A program made the translations under genes and the position numbers. The notes below the pieces were generated by a model. That model searched no databases. It was not told where the DNA came from and saw only the letters and a list, made by a program, of their open reading frames with translations. DNA of 61,399 nt, the filler included, from Sphacelaria rigidula (taxonomy: Eukaryota), in NCBI GenBank assembly GCA_964200075.2. It is 9 parts of 9 records of this genome, joined end to end, with 100 filler letters (N's around TTAATTAATTAA, not from the genome) between each part and the next. Parts side by side here need not be neighbours in the genome. Positions count along the whole stretch, not along the records: positions 20,503 to 27,235 come from CAXNAA020018357.1; positions 27,336 to 34,068 come from CAXNAA020018358.1; positions 34,169 to 40,901 come from CAXNAA020018359.1; 6 more parts are not named here. One strand, given 5' to 3'. Below, piece after piece: positions 22,581 through 35,000 of the stretch. Each line of letters starts with the position of its first letter. Within the stretch, counting starts at the first letter, position 1.

Positions 22581-25500
22581 TTGTTGTTGTCTTCACATTA
22601 AAAACTATTCCGATATCTGCGCGGTACATTCGTACTGGGCATCTGATGCGGACGCCGTCCGTGGTCACAGGCTAGCAAAAAAAACGAAAAACAAAGTAGA
22701 CCAAGATTAGAGACTCACAAAACGCGATACAAGCAAAACAGGAATAAGTAATAAAGAAGAAAGGGAGTACATATGGCTAACCTCAGAAGATCCGGTACCG
22801 TAGGTGGCCGTTCGGACTTCAGGGGGTGGCACTCGGTTTTTCAACTCGACGCGCGACAAATAGAAATGAACACAGGGTCCGACTACGGGCGAGACTCAAG
22901 GCCCCAAATACCGCCAACCAAAGAACTAAAGAACTAAAGAACTAATAATCGCAACGTTCCATCTTTCCGCCTCTCGAGGGACAGCCATACGCACGAGCAT
23001 ACCAGGTGTATCTGGGTGGCAGAAATAAGTGACATGCGCATCGATTGTGCTCTGCGAATACTGTATATCTGTAATAAGTCATTGGCAATGACCCGCTCAT
23101 GTGGCACAGCCAGCTACCTGACGTTTTACAGTGTCTCTCATCACATGGACGGAGCCGCAGTGGCGAAGGCAGGGAGCCCGCGGTGGTGCGGAGTACTACT
23201 GTACAATCAGAAAAGCAGCAGCCGCCAACGGTACAGCAAGAATGACCGATGGAGTTCAACTTTGTTTTCGTTCAGAACCAATCGAGTGCTCTCGTAGTGC
23301 GGACATTTATTTCATCGCAGCTATCTGACTCTTCCCAGATTTTCGCGCCGGTCCCAGCTTGCCATCCAAAAGTTCGGTTGTTATGCAATTTTTCTTCTGT
23401 CGGGGATACCTGTCGGCAGTTTCATCTTCACTGCTGCGCCTGAAACTTGGTGAGATCCAGCGCACTGGTGAAGACTAAAACGAGTACAAAATGTTTTCAA
23501 CCATTTTTTCCGACCATCTGGTGAACTCTGTTGGTTCTAGATGTAGTCTAGAACGTTTCAACCGACAGCGGTTGCTCCGCTAAAACACCAAACGACACAA
23601 CATGTTGCCTGCGCTACGTTACTGAGCATTGCCTGGGTAGTCTATGCCAAAGTCAGTCCCTAACAAAGATGTTTCGGCCAATCTTATGCGAGAAAATATC
23701 TCCCCAAATCACTCAACATATCCGCAGATTCTCGCATAGGTATTCCAGACATATATTGCCCAAATATATCCGATATACCCCTATATATGTGGGATTTACA
23801 CGCGGATATCACGCGATCTGTATATCTATATCCTATTGGGGCCACTTTCAGACCCAATACCGCACTCTAGTATGCAGCATTTCGATTTGAAGTTGGGTTT
23901 ATCGTGGGTTGGTTCCGGAGGCGTCGGCGATCTGTACCGTCTTATTTGCATACCCCACCTGCAAAGAGGTCGCGCCCTCGTCCCCAACTGTGACCTCCTC
24001 TTGGTCCGCAGGGACCGATATTGAGTGGGATATATGGGATGTATGTGAACACCCTCTTGTGTCTTCAAGTGATGTTAAATCTACATAAGCAGGGAGCGGA
24101 TGGATCGAGAGGCAAGCGACCGACAAAAAATGGCGCTTAATATATATATATATATATATATGGTGCCCACTGTATGGTGGTGGTGCGTTAAATTTCATCC
24201 CCTGACTTCAGACTACGGGAAACCTGCGGGAAGTGCGTGGTTCGTATACGACCACCAAGGAGCACACCAATAACAGCCGTGCTATACTGCACTACACGCT
24301 CGTTATTGGCTTGACACACCGCCACTTCCCACGGCACGACGGATATCTGTATGTTTCGACGACATATGCGGTGAACAACTTTGTGCTGTCTATCAAACGA
24401 ATATCAAGAAATAAATATGTCGTGGTCAACACAACTAGCCTGATGAAAACAACCAGCTGGCTTGTTACGCCCCTCTTGCGACACAACTGACTACGACTAC
24501 AGCCCTCAGTCAACAAACCACTCCCTTCCGTGCACGACTTTGAAAGGTGCGATCATGGCTGAGCGAATGCGCATGGTGAGGTACTTGAGTTTGTCGACAC
24601 CACACTGCTTCACATTGTGGTCTTCTCATCAAAGGTGAACCGCACGGCATGACCTGATCGCGAGCGATGGCGCACGACCTGCTCAGATTACCCCAACACA
24701 CTGAGTAGGAGTAATGTATACCGCGAGCTCGACATCAAGTACCGCGATTCACCTGTGCAAACAAGAAGTATTGTCGCTCCCTCGGCCATGTCGCGTTTCT
24801 GTGCGCTGAATACAGCTCGCCCGCCGGGTGTTGTTGTTGTCGACGGCCCCGCATCATCTTGAGATGAGGCATGTGATACCTCACACCCGATTCGCCAGTA
24901 GAAAATCCCTTGATTTAAGGTGACGGTCATTCACGCTGGTACGCACAGACGTACTCTGACCATTCGTGCTCCATCGTGTCCAATCGCTGGCCGAACATTT
25001 TTGCTGCCGTCAGGACTGCAAACTACACAAAGTGCCCAGAAGAGCGATGTGGGTTCCACGATTGATATACGCATGGCTCGTCGGTGTTGGTCTTTTATGG
25101 GTCAGAGATGAGGACATAGGTGAGTCGGCTAAGAGGGGGACATCACCAGCTGTATGATGTGCTGAGGTATCTGTTTTCCAGCATTCACCCACTCACGAGT
25201 TTCCACCATCACATCCATATAAATACATCCACTCTGTCAATTTGGGCTTGACAAGCATTGAATTCGTGATCAAGCGAGTGCCTGCAGCAGCCGAAATCGC
25301 TCGGTAGGGGCATGTAGCGAGCGACACAATGCCCTCGTTCAAGGGAAACGTTCGCCACGACTTCGTTGAGCGGTACGTCGCCTGCTTACCATTGTTCGGC
25401 ACGTTGCGAGCATCCTAGAGGGGATTCTGAAAATGAGGACGAAAATATTGCTTGTACGAGTATGGGAACCGCAAAAAGCCTGGCGCTCGGAATTGTGCGA

Positions 25501-25774
25501 TATACTACCCCCCTCCTCTTCCACCGCCGCCCTCAGTCGACTGCCCTCCCCGAGGATTGCCGGGATAGCCCCCCCCCCCCGCCCGCCCCCCCCCCCCCGC
25601 AAACCAACCCCGAAATGGCACGAAGAAGATGGCCACAAAGATGGCCCATGATAGCCGGGTTTCTGGACAGCATGAATCGCCTCACATGAGCGACATTGGC
25701 CCAAACGTTCGCAAGCGTGGAAGTTCTCCGCTGCTCGGTGTGCTCCGCCTTTGTCATTCTGATTATTGAATATA

Positions 25775-27235
25775 GAAGACGACAGAATGTGCCAAAAGTG
25801 CCATGATGCTAGACGGGTAAATATCGAAATACTTCGATATCTTGCAAGGAGTTGCACAAGGATGTACGTTATCACCCACTTTGTTCAAGGCATTTATCCA
25901 TGACTTGATTATAGAGATGGAAGCAGCAAAGCAAGGGGTCAAGGTGGGTGAAGATATGACATCAGGGTTGATGTCCGCGGATGAGTTTGTGGGGATTTCA
26001 GCAACACCATAAAAAGGATTACAGACACAGGCAGACAAGGCGCTAGAATACACTAGGAAATGGAGAGTGACAGCGAACGTCAACAAATGCGCGGTACTCG
26101 TCTGTAACGAAGACGAGAAAAATCCGGCAGAGTTCAAGTGGAAATGGGGAGAGGAGGAACTACCGATCGTAGACCAGTATACACATACCTTGGCGTGGAG
26201 ATATCAACACACTGTTTTTGGGATGCAGGCATAAACGAAGTAAAAGAAAAGGGTAAGGCGCAGATAGGCAGGTTGGACGTGGTCCTCAGAGACCCGCACC
26301 CAGACACTAGGATTGAGAGATGTATCCTGATGAACGTGATCGTACCAAAGCTAGAATATACAGGAGACGTATGAGAGGGGAACGTGAAGTTGGTGGAGAG
26401 GTTGGAGACAGTACAGATGGCAGCAGCTAAGAAGATACTTGGATGCTCGAAAACGACGAGCAATACAACACTGAGAACAGAGTTGGGAATGTACTCACTT
26501 AAACCAAACAGAGACATGAGGAAATTGCGATGGCAATATAGCGTAAATAATATTCAGAGGAAGGGATTGCCAGCTACAGTTGATAGGGCCGTATAGAAGA
26601 AAAGTACGAAAGGGCGTGCTAAAAGGTGGGATAGAGAAGTCGAGAAAGTGTGGAAGCAGATAGGATCAAACCAAGACGAATATACGACTGTCCATAGGTG
26701 AAGAATGGGGGTACAAGGCAAAAGTAAGAGACATGATAGAAATAAGGGAAAGAGGAGCGCTCAGACGCAAGGTAGGCGAGGAAGTAAACCTGGAGATATG
26801 CGGGTGGGTGAGAGAGGGGATCGGGATGAAAGCATATCTGCATGGCCCAATGGACGCTGGGAAAACTATGAAATTGCGATTTCGGGTGGGGGAACTTGAC
26901 CTGCCAGAAAGAAGAGATATACCAGTAGTAGTCGAAAGGAGGAGGAAGTAGGTGGACAGAACTGCCTCCGTGGCAAGGGGATAGAGAGCAGAAGTCATAT
27001 AGTGGCAGAATGTGAACTATACAAGGAGGAACGGGACGTGCTAGAGGGGGAAAGGCGGGACGTGAACGTAGAAGGTCGCATGAAATCGTTTGATACGTCA
27101 GACAGAAGGGAGAAAACGATAGCTATACTAGGAGGTAGATGGTGGCCAGAGACGGTGAAACAGGACGGGGATAAGATATGTAGAAGGTTTTTGTGTACTG
27201 TATGGAAGAAACGTGGTGAGCACCGGAATGTTGAA
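25775..27235 (+). pseudogene. Non-LTR retrotransposon (LINE) ORF2: RT and C-terminal zinc-knuckle region, decayed
   Basis: YFDILQGVAQGCTLSPTLF...GLMSADEFV (degenerate Y/FADD)...NVNKC...YTYLGVEI...PKLEY...ELG, then NCLRGKGIESRSHIVAEC. Several stops and frameshifts; cut by the spacer. Confidence 0.92.
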
Positions 27236-29264
27236 NNNNNNNNNNNNNNNNNNNNNNNNNNNNNNNNNNNNNNNNNNNNTTAATTAATTAANNNNNNNNN
27301 NNNNNNNNNNNNNNNNNNNNNNNNNNNNNNNNNNNAGCGAATCTGAAAAGCAGACTAGGCTCTCTCTGTGGGGTGATGCAAAGGAGGGCTTCAAAAAGTC
27401 GTCAGGCTCGGACTGCGCTCGCGCAGAGCAGAGCCGAAGGCGAAATGCGACCCCCCGCATGGGCCCCCCAGGAGGATCGCCGGAGGCCTCCCGGAGGACG
27501 CCGGCCGCAGAAATTTGGCCTTTTCCCTTTCAAAAGACCAAAAAATTGGCCTTTTCCCTTTGAAAGAGGTCGAAAACATAAAGTTCGCCTACGGCGAAAA
27601 AAGACCTCCATTTTTTTCTTCGCCGTAGGCGAAAGGTGCCGCATAGATTTTTTTCGCTTTCGGCGAAATGGCTGCGGCCCAAACTTTTGGGCTGCGGCAA
27701 GCCGCAGGTGAGCCCTCTGGGAGTCTGCGCGCAGCGCAGATTTTCCGAAATATCTACGCTGCTGCCGCAGCGCCGCAGGCACTTTTTGAAGCCCTGATGC
27801 AAGGTGTCCGAGACGTGTGTTGGCGATTTTCCCAGTTTGGGGGTCAAAGGGTGGGTCAAACGTCCCAAAAGTGCACAATCCGTCGGCCAGAAATATGTTT
27901 GCTGTAACATCCGGCCTAGAAGAATGACTGTGATTTCTTTCTTCTGATACATATTCGAAACCTCATTTCGACGGGCGGATTGGAAATTAAAAAATAACTG
28001 TTCCGAATACATACACAACTTTTTGGCGGAAGAATTAGTTACGGTTCAGCATTAGCAACAAAGATCGCAGTAACAACCGAAGAGATGGGATATTCGCCGT
28101 AAAATAATGAGTACTAAAGTCCATGCACTGTGCAGTAGCTCGTATACATAAATTTAGCACATTGTCAGAATAGTGGAGAACGTTTGGTACGTGGAGTCTA
28201 ACGTGCTGTCAACAGTTGTTTACATAAACGGTTTTATTGGCGTATCCGAGAGTTTTGTCGAGAGATTGACGTAGCCCCTCGCTGTTACTCTCCACAGCCA
28301 CCCACCTCCAGCAGGCTCACCAGCTTGTCATCAGTTTCCCGTATATAGAGTGGAGACTGATCGTCTTTGGTTCTGGATACGGCCGAGTAAAGCACCAAGG
28401 GAGGACCGTCTTATTTTCTCTACTGCACTAAGCAAGTGTTGAGTGTTTCACCAACACTGCATCCTCTGCGAGCTTTCTTGTTAGAGCTGTGTTCACGGGT
28501 TGAACTGCTGTTCTTGTCAAGTAAGGAGTTGAACACTGCTGTACTACGTTATTCACTACGTTTGAATGCAGACAAGCCATAGCTATGTTTCCAATAGACT
28601 CGCGAATACAGTCCGCAAGGAACCATGACAACGATTGAAATAAAATATCGTAGCAGGTGACGGTGGATACCACCCAGGGCGATAGATTTTTCAACCTAGA
28701 ATTTCTTATATTCTTATACATTACGGTGGCTACGCCCCCCGAGTACCGGGCCATTAGAAAGATCTTACGGCGCCGAAAGTATTCGGCAAATGGGGATATT
28801 TGACAGTAGGAGAAACACTTTAATAGAGGAAATTAATCTTCAAAAAAGCGTCGTCCGGGGGGGTTTCACGGTAGGAAGCCGAGATCGAAGACTTGATCGT
28901 TCGGCGGTGATACAAACTAGGTCACTCACCTTCGGTACATATTAAGAATTAAAAATCAACCCGACATGCGACAGTAGACGCATGGGCGTTTTTTTACTCG
29001 TAAGTTCATTGCTACAATATTAGAGCTCTACAAGTTTACAACGCAACGTGGCAACACAAGATGTCGAGTACTGACCACTCGTGAGCAACAAGACAGTAGC
29101 CACACAACAAGCAGGCTTTTGCGATCGTCCTATGGGTTGATCGCGATACATACAGATGGATAGATGAGTACTCGTAGAACTTCGGTTCTTCTTGCGCTTG
29201 CTACATAGATGCCGTGGGGGATGATATATAAGCCTGCCGCTTCGATACCCTAAGCCCTACCGAC

Positions 29265-29593
29265 CTTGTCGATGTCCGCCTCGAGCACCAGAGCAGTCGC
29301 CGCGAGTGATCCCGCTGAGCTCCCAATAACACTCTGGTCAGGGTGGACGTCATGCAGACGATGATCAAGAAGGCACTTCGCAACCCCGAAGTTATAGATC
29401 ATCAGCCATCCCCCCATAGCGAAGGAGAAATTGTACGCTGGCAACTCCTGTGGCGTGCTGGTGGTAAGGAAGGGCATTCTACGTCCGCTGCACGAGAATT
29501 CGAGCGGCACTGGTGCGGACCAGTCTAGTCGACGATCGAGAAGAGAGCTATCTTCTACGGTACTAATCGCACGCGGCTCAAACGCCAGCAGGG
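29265..29593 (-). CDS. Internal exon of a patatin-like phospholipase (PNPLA family)
   Basis: Branch-like ctgac, pyrimidine tract and cag acceptor; donor AAG|gtcggt. Encodes the oxyanion region FSFAMGGWLMIYNFGVAKCL and the nucleophile motif GSSAG. Confidence 0.88.
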
Positions 29594-29659
29594 CTGAGAA
29601 GATGCGAAAAAATTGAAAAAGTGGTACAAGGGTCAGACCTGAGCAGTGGTGGTGGACGA

Positions 29660-29850
29660 GTCGGACAAACAGACAGACGGACAGATGGGTGGATGGATAG
29701 ACAGAAGATAGAAGATAGATAAGACAGGCAAACAGACAGAAAGAGAGGCAGACAAACGGAAAGATAGACAGACGATAAAGACAGGCAGACGGACAGATAT
29801 ACAGACGGACGGACGGACAGATAGACAGACGGACAGACAGATAGACAGAT
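29660..29850. repeat. Compound tetranucleotide microsatellite (GACA/GATA/GACG)
   Basis: Directly visible repeats in the intron upstream of the patatin exon. Confidence 0.9.
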
Positions 29851-30385
29851 CGGCAGTGTACCACATAATAAGAGTAACACAGACCGGTTAAAGCTCATCA
29901 CCCTAAAACACTCATCGGCAAACCTCACGCCGTTTTGGGGAGTTTATACCCTGGAACTTTGCACAGATAACAAGGTTTTCGTAAGATAGAGAGTTGGGTG
30001 CGGATTGAGAGTGGCTTTGATCATTCGCATTAACTCGGCCAATTTTATATTCCGTGTGTGTTATTCTTCGTCTTATCACTGGCATGTGCTTATTACAGCT
30101 ACACGTTAATATCCTACTCAGGGATATCGAGGGCCTCAGTGGGAAGCTACTACAGAGAGAATATTGGGCCTGGTGGAGGTGCATTTCGGAACTGAGAGGG
30201 CTCATTCACTAATTGACCGCTTTTCACTCTCAATCACACCTGCAACTCTCAATTTCACGAAAACTTTTATGTTCTATGGGGCATTACGCAACAACTTTCG
30301 AAGGTGAGTATATGTTTTTATTATTCAGTTCTTCACCTTTTATCGGGGATCTCAGTTTTTCCGGGGAAACATCGATCCAACCGGA

Positions 30386-30465
30386 TGTTCAAGAAGCGAA
30401 CAGTTTACCCATTGAACCAGTGAGCGCTCACTGGTTCAATGGGTAAACTGTTCGCTTCTTGAACA
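30386..30465. mobile_element. Perfect 80-bp palindrome with TGT...ACA termini and 5-bp flanking direct repeat CCGGA
   Basis: Two exact 40-bp arms with no spacer, centre AGC|GCT. ccgga at 30381-30385 and 30466-30470. Confidence 0.9.
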
Positions 30466-31782
30466 CCGGACCCCCGTCAAACGGTAAAAAATAAAATGGA
30501 AAACCTCGTTCATTCAAAGCTTCGTAATGATTCCTTGGTTTTAGTACAAAAACGGCGTTTTGGGGTCTTCTTTAACGTGAACATGAAAGTTCAAGCATCA
30601 GCTGATCGAGTTTTGCGACGAAATTTTGTGGGGCCCTTCCTTGGCTTATGCGGCGACGAATAGTTCGCGGAAAAATGAAAAGTAACACGAATATCGTAGT
30701 GCCGGCTTTCTGGGGTCCAAAATTGGACTACTTCGAAAAACGACTTGAATCCCGTCGGACCCCCAAAAAACGGTTAAAAAAACAAAAGTAGGAACACCTC
30801 GTCCATAAGAAGTTGCGTAGTGATACATAGCACATTTGTGCAAAGGTTCAGGGTCTAACTCGTAATAAAGGCGTGAAGTTTTGCGCGTTTGTGGAGAATG
30901 TGGGCTTCAAACGTGCAACTCCCGAGTACTTGGTTTTAGTGTAGAAGCGTCTTTTGGGGAGAATTTCACTTCAAGGCAAGAAAAACTGCATGAGATTTTC
31001 GAGTGGTTCCGCCAAGCTTTGTACATGTGTTTCTTGCACTATCCCAGGACGCATCATTTGGTTTTTAATTTTGGGTGATTCTGTACTGCCTTCCGGGGGT
31101 CTTTATACTGTGACCCCCGGAAGCCGGTAGAGAACGGAGAAACTTTGAAATCTTGTCAAGAAATACATTTTTTTTTTGCCATTTGGAGCATCAAAAGCTA
31201 CGGAACTGCCAAGTTTGAGGGCGATCTGAGATGTTGTACAACATATATAGGGAACACCGCCACGAGGCTCCCTGGTTCTTTCGTGCGTGTCATCAGTGGA
31301 AAGATTAGACGACGCCAACACCCGACATCACCGAAACGTTACGGTTTCGGGTACGATTGGACCCCTGTAGTAACCGTTTTCAAATATATATATATTTTCG
31401 TTAGATTCCCGAGCCGATCACGGTTACTACGATTTGAAGCATGTTGAGATTGGGTGAAAACTGGGCTTGGAATTTGTAATTCGATCTCGGAACAGTTTGA
31501 CGGGCGCTGATCGGTCGATAGACCTTTTCGCCCTTAACAACATCACTGACCCTAAACACAAATCCGGCTATGTCACGCTCTTCAGCTGTCCATGGCGGTC
31601 ATTATGATATCATGTATGTGACTATTGGGTAGGTATTGCGAAGGGCATTTGCAGATTACACAATTTCGGGTAATAAGAGTTAACCAGCCTACAATATCAT
31701 GACTCGCGGTGAAAACACGGTAAAAAAGTACGGTGTATATATAGCGGAAGCAGATGGCGAAGCAGGAAGGGGGTGAGTTGTT

Positions 31783-32048
31783 CAAAAACGGATTTTGTGT
31801 GATATATGGAAGAAACGAAGTGAGGGCCCAAATATTGAAGGTGTCTCCACTAGGAGTAGGAGCGGTGCTCCGTCTCGAAAAGGGTGCGTGCTCAACGGTC
31901 GAATGACGTGACCGTTAGACAGCGAGGGTGGGTCACCTGCTGAATCGGCATCAATTTTCACTTGAAAAGAGTGTACAGGGTCCAGATGGACTACCAGCAT
32001 CGCGTTTCAAGGGTTGAGGCTAACAAAGAATGGATACGCCCCCCCCTC
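31783..32048 (+). mobile_element. LINE 3' fragment followed by a second C-tailed repeat
   Basis: 31783-31908 matches the LINE end (ttttgtgt...ggagtaggagcggtgctccgtctc). 31925-32048 matches the reverse complement of 40225-40350 and ends in a C run. Confidence 0.65.
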
Positions 32049-35000
32049 ATCCCTCCCCCCTCTCCTGGAGGACCAAAAATCGTAAGATGGGGCTATGAAC
32101 CTGGCATTTTTTCAACTACCCCTTAGTGCACACTGCACGCCCCATTCTCGAAGTACAAACCCCCCCCAATCACGCTACTCTGCTACCCTCGATCGATTCT
32201 TCACATGAAATATCTACCGACGTCCACTGTCCCGAAATTTGAATTATCTCTCGGGGTGTGGCACAAGTATCTCGATCTCAAGTTTCATTTCAGGGGCATC
32301 ATCGACAGCAAGGCGGCTAATGTCACGCAAGAGAAGCAAGAGGCATGCGACAAGAATAGAATCAAGGGCAAGAGACACATTCATCACTCCTGGACCGACT
32401 GGTGTAGCTCTTGGATATTTCAAGTTTCGAGTGCCCAAGAGCTGAAAATCCACCATGGATGGGCGGGGGGTTGGGTAGGGATGGCTGGGTATACAAAACT
32501 TCAGTGCTCGGGTACCCCTGGTAGTAGTCATACGTACCATTTAGATTAATGGCCAAATAATGGGTGATGCATGGGTACCATCTTCTTACGGCGAGTGATG
32601 TGCAGTCTGTACGGTGTGCATGCCTTCCAGCATTCGTTTACTCATTTCACTTGTGCGAAACTTGCAGTCGCGTTACGGAGACGAAATGGTTACTCGTACC
32701 AATTCATCTAGCGGTCACTGCCGTCACCCAGCCCTCACTGCGTTCAGTGCAAGGCCGTGGAGGCGTCCAGTTTTCGAGAAAATAAATTCGAGCGTCATCA
32801 TCAGCAGCTAACGAAGCTTGAGCAAAAACCGCGCCGTGTCATCATCCATCGAGTGAGTCAAATATCTACTCCAAACACACCGTATAAGGTTCTTCAAAAA
32901 CCATGTCGGTCAACGGCAATTGCCCTCTTCATGCCCCCGAGACAACGCAACGTCTGTCCTCTTTTACGTGGCACACCAGAGGCGCACAGGAATGGCACGC
33001 ACGTGCATGACGAAAAACATGGGGGACACGTTCGCCCGAAGGGAAAAATCAAGTGCACGGAAACCGAAGTTGCGAGAATCCCGGTCTTTGCCTTACACAA
33101 TCGCTGCACTTGTCTTCAGAACTTGCCTTGTCTTCAGAACATTCGCTTCATTTTCACGCCTCTTGAAAATGCGCGTTCAACAGAGGCATAAGCCCTGCAC
33201 TTCCGTCATGATCACTGCGCGTGCTCCATACACCAACCCAGCGTGATCCAAAATACGGTACGAAACTCCATGGCAAAAAAATAACAAGCAATGTATATAT
33301 GGAATGTGCAAAATGTATCAGGTGAGAAGACACGACTCAAAACTGAAGCCCTCCCCACATTCATCAGAGCAATCGTACTTTGCACCCCGCTGCGTTCGAC
33401 TGACTGACTCTCAAAATGCCCTTGACGTGTCCCCTCCCCCTCCCCCCCGCGCGCCCTTGAATTGAACACGTTTTCTTTCCCTTTTCCCGAGAGCAAAGAA
33501 ATCGACAAAACACATGAAAACGAGAAATATATTCGACAACATTGATCCGATATCTCAGTCGGCAAACTCTACCCTCAACGTGGACATCATAAAATTTCGC
33601 TGTACGCGCTGCATGATCTCCATCCGCACCGACTGCAGGCTAGCGCTGTCACCCGTCATCTTCAACGTTAAGCAAGGCTTCGGAACAGGACCACGCAGGA
33701 AGTATAAGGAAGATTCGTGAAAAGGGCGACAGGGACGTGAAAGGGGAGGGGGGGCAACGGGACAAACCGGAAGGAAATTTGAAACAGCAGGGTACGACGA
33801 CTCACATTTGTTGCGAAAAGATAATTTGCACGAAATTCCACCTCAGATCGTCGCTGAAAGCAGCGACGCCTGCTCCAACGCGATAACTACCAATTATACA
33901 CACATTCACAACACTTGGCACCGTTTTCACCGAAATACAAACGCACCGCGAGTAGCTGGGTCGTCCGTGTGAGCCCCTGCTTCTCGTGAAATCAAACTTG
34001 CCCCTATCCTGTTGCTGGAAATGTTCTTCTGTTTTTACCCTATCGCGCGCGACATCTTTCATACGACANNNNNNNNNNNNNNNNNNNNNNNNNNNNNNNN
34101 NNNNNNNNNNNNTTAATTAATTAANNNNNNNNNNNNNNNNNNNNNNNNNNNNNNNNNNNNNNNNNNNNAATCCTCCGGGTTCTCATCCTCAATGAAAAGC
34201 ACCATCCTCAACATAGATGATCGGCTGTTCCTGGAAAAGAGGGTGAGGGAAGGGTCATAAAGCAGCGGGGTATATAGGGAAGATGAACGTTTTAGTCCTT
34301 GGGTGGGGAGGAAGAGGGGGTCTTGGACAAGTGTTTGTTTTTTTACACCATTTGTCGATGGTTTTGTGTGTTTAGGTGCATTGCTATTCGTGCGTAACAG
34401 GCCGAAACGGTAATGATCACTCGTGTGATGATTTTTTGGGGGAGGGAAGCGTTCATTAAAACCCCGGGTGATGGACTATTTTTCATTTCTTCATTTTTTA
34501 CACATTCCAAATATTAAAAAAACACGTGAATAATTAGTCCAACTAGCGATCCATTCCGTTTCTCAAGGCAACTACAGACAATAACGCGAGGAAGATGTTG
34601 GTCCACCTCCTCTCCGTTACGCCCAAGGGTTATACTACCGTCAGGACCTGTTACGTACGGATAGCGGGGGGCCTGGAAACGCGGGCGACACCGTTAAAGA
34701 AACAATTTCAGGCTACCCTGCTGCTTTATGACCACTCCCTCCCCCGCCCCTTCTCCCCGGTGATGAAAATATTACATCCCCTCCCCGAACATTCCCAGGG
34801 GAGAGGGGGTGTTATCCGATCTGGTATCCATTTGCAACCGTGCACAATGCACTTGAAATGTACAATTGTGATTTTTATCACCTAGAAGCGCACGACATAA
34901 CCAACTGATGTCCCTCGCTTGCCTTAGCTGGACTAAGGACACCCCGGGGACGATTTCATTCCATCCCCTTCTCAAGTACGCTGAGGGGTAGTCATTTACC

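Noticed and set aside
24500..25750. Protein-like fragments on the minus strand
   Set aside because: Many stops and frameshifts; no family could be assigned.
29578..29928. Long S/V/C/L-rich ORFs on the minus strand
   Set aside because: Translations of an intronic microsatellite; only 29265-29593 is supported as an exon.
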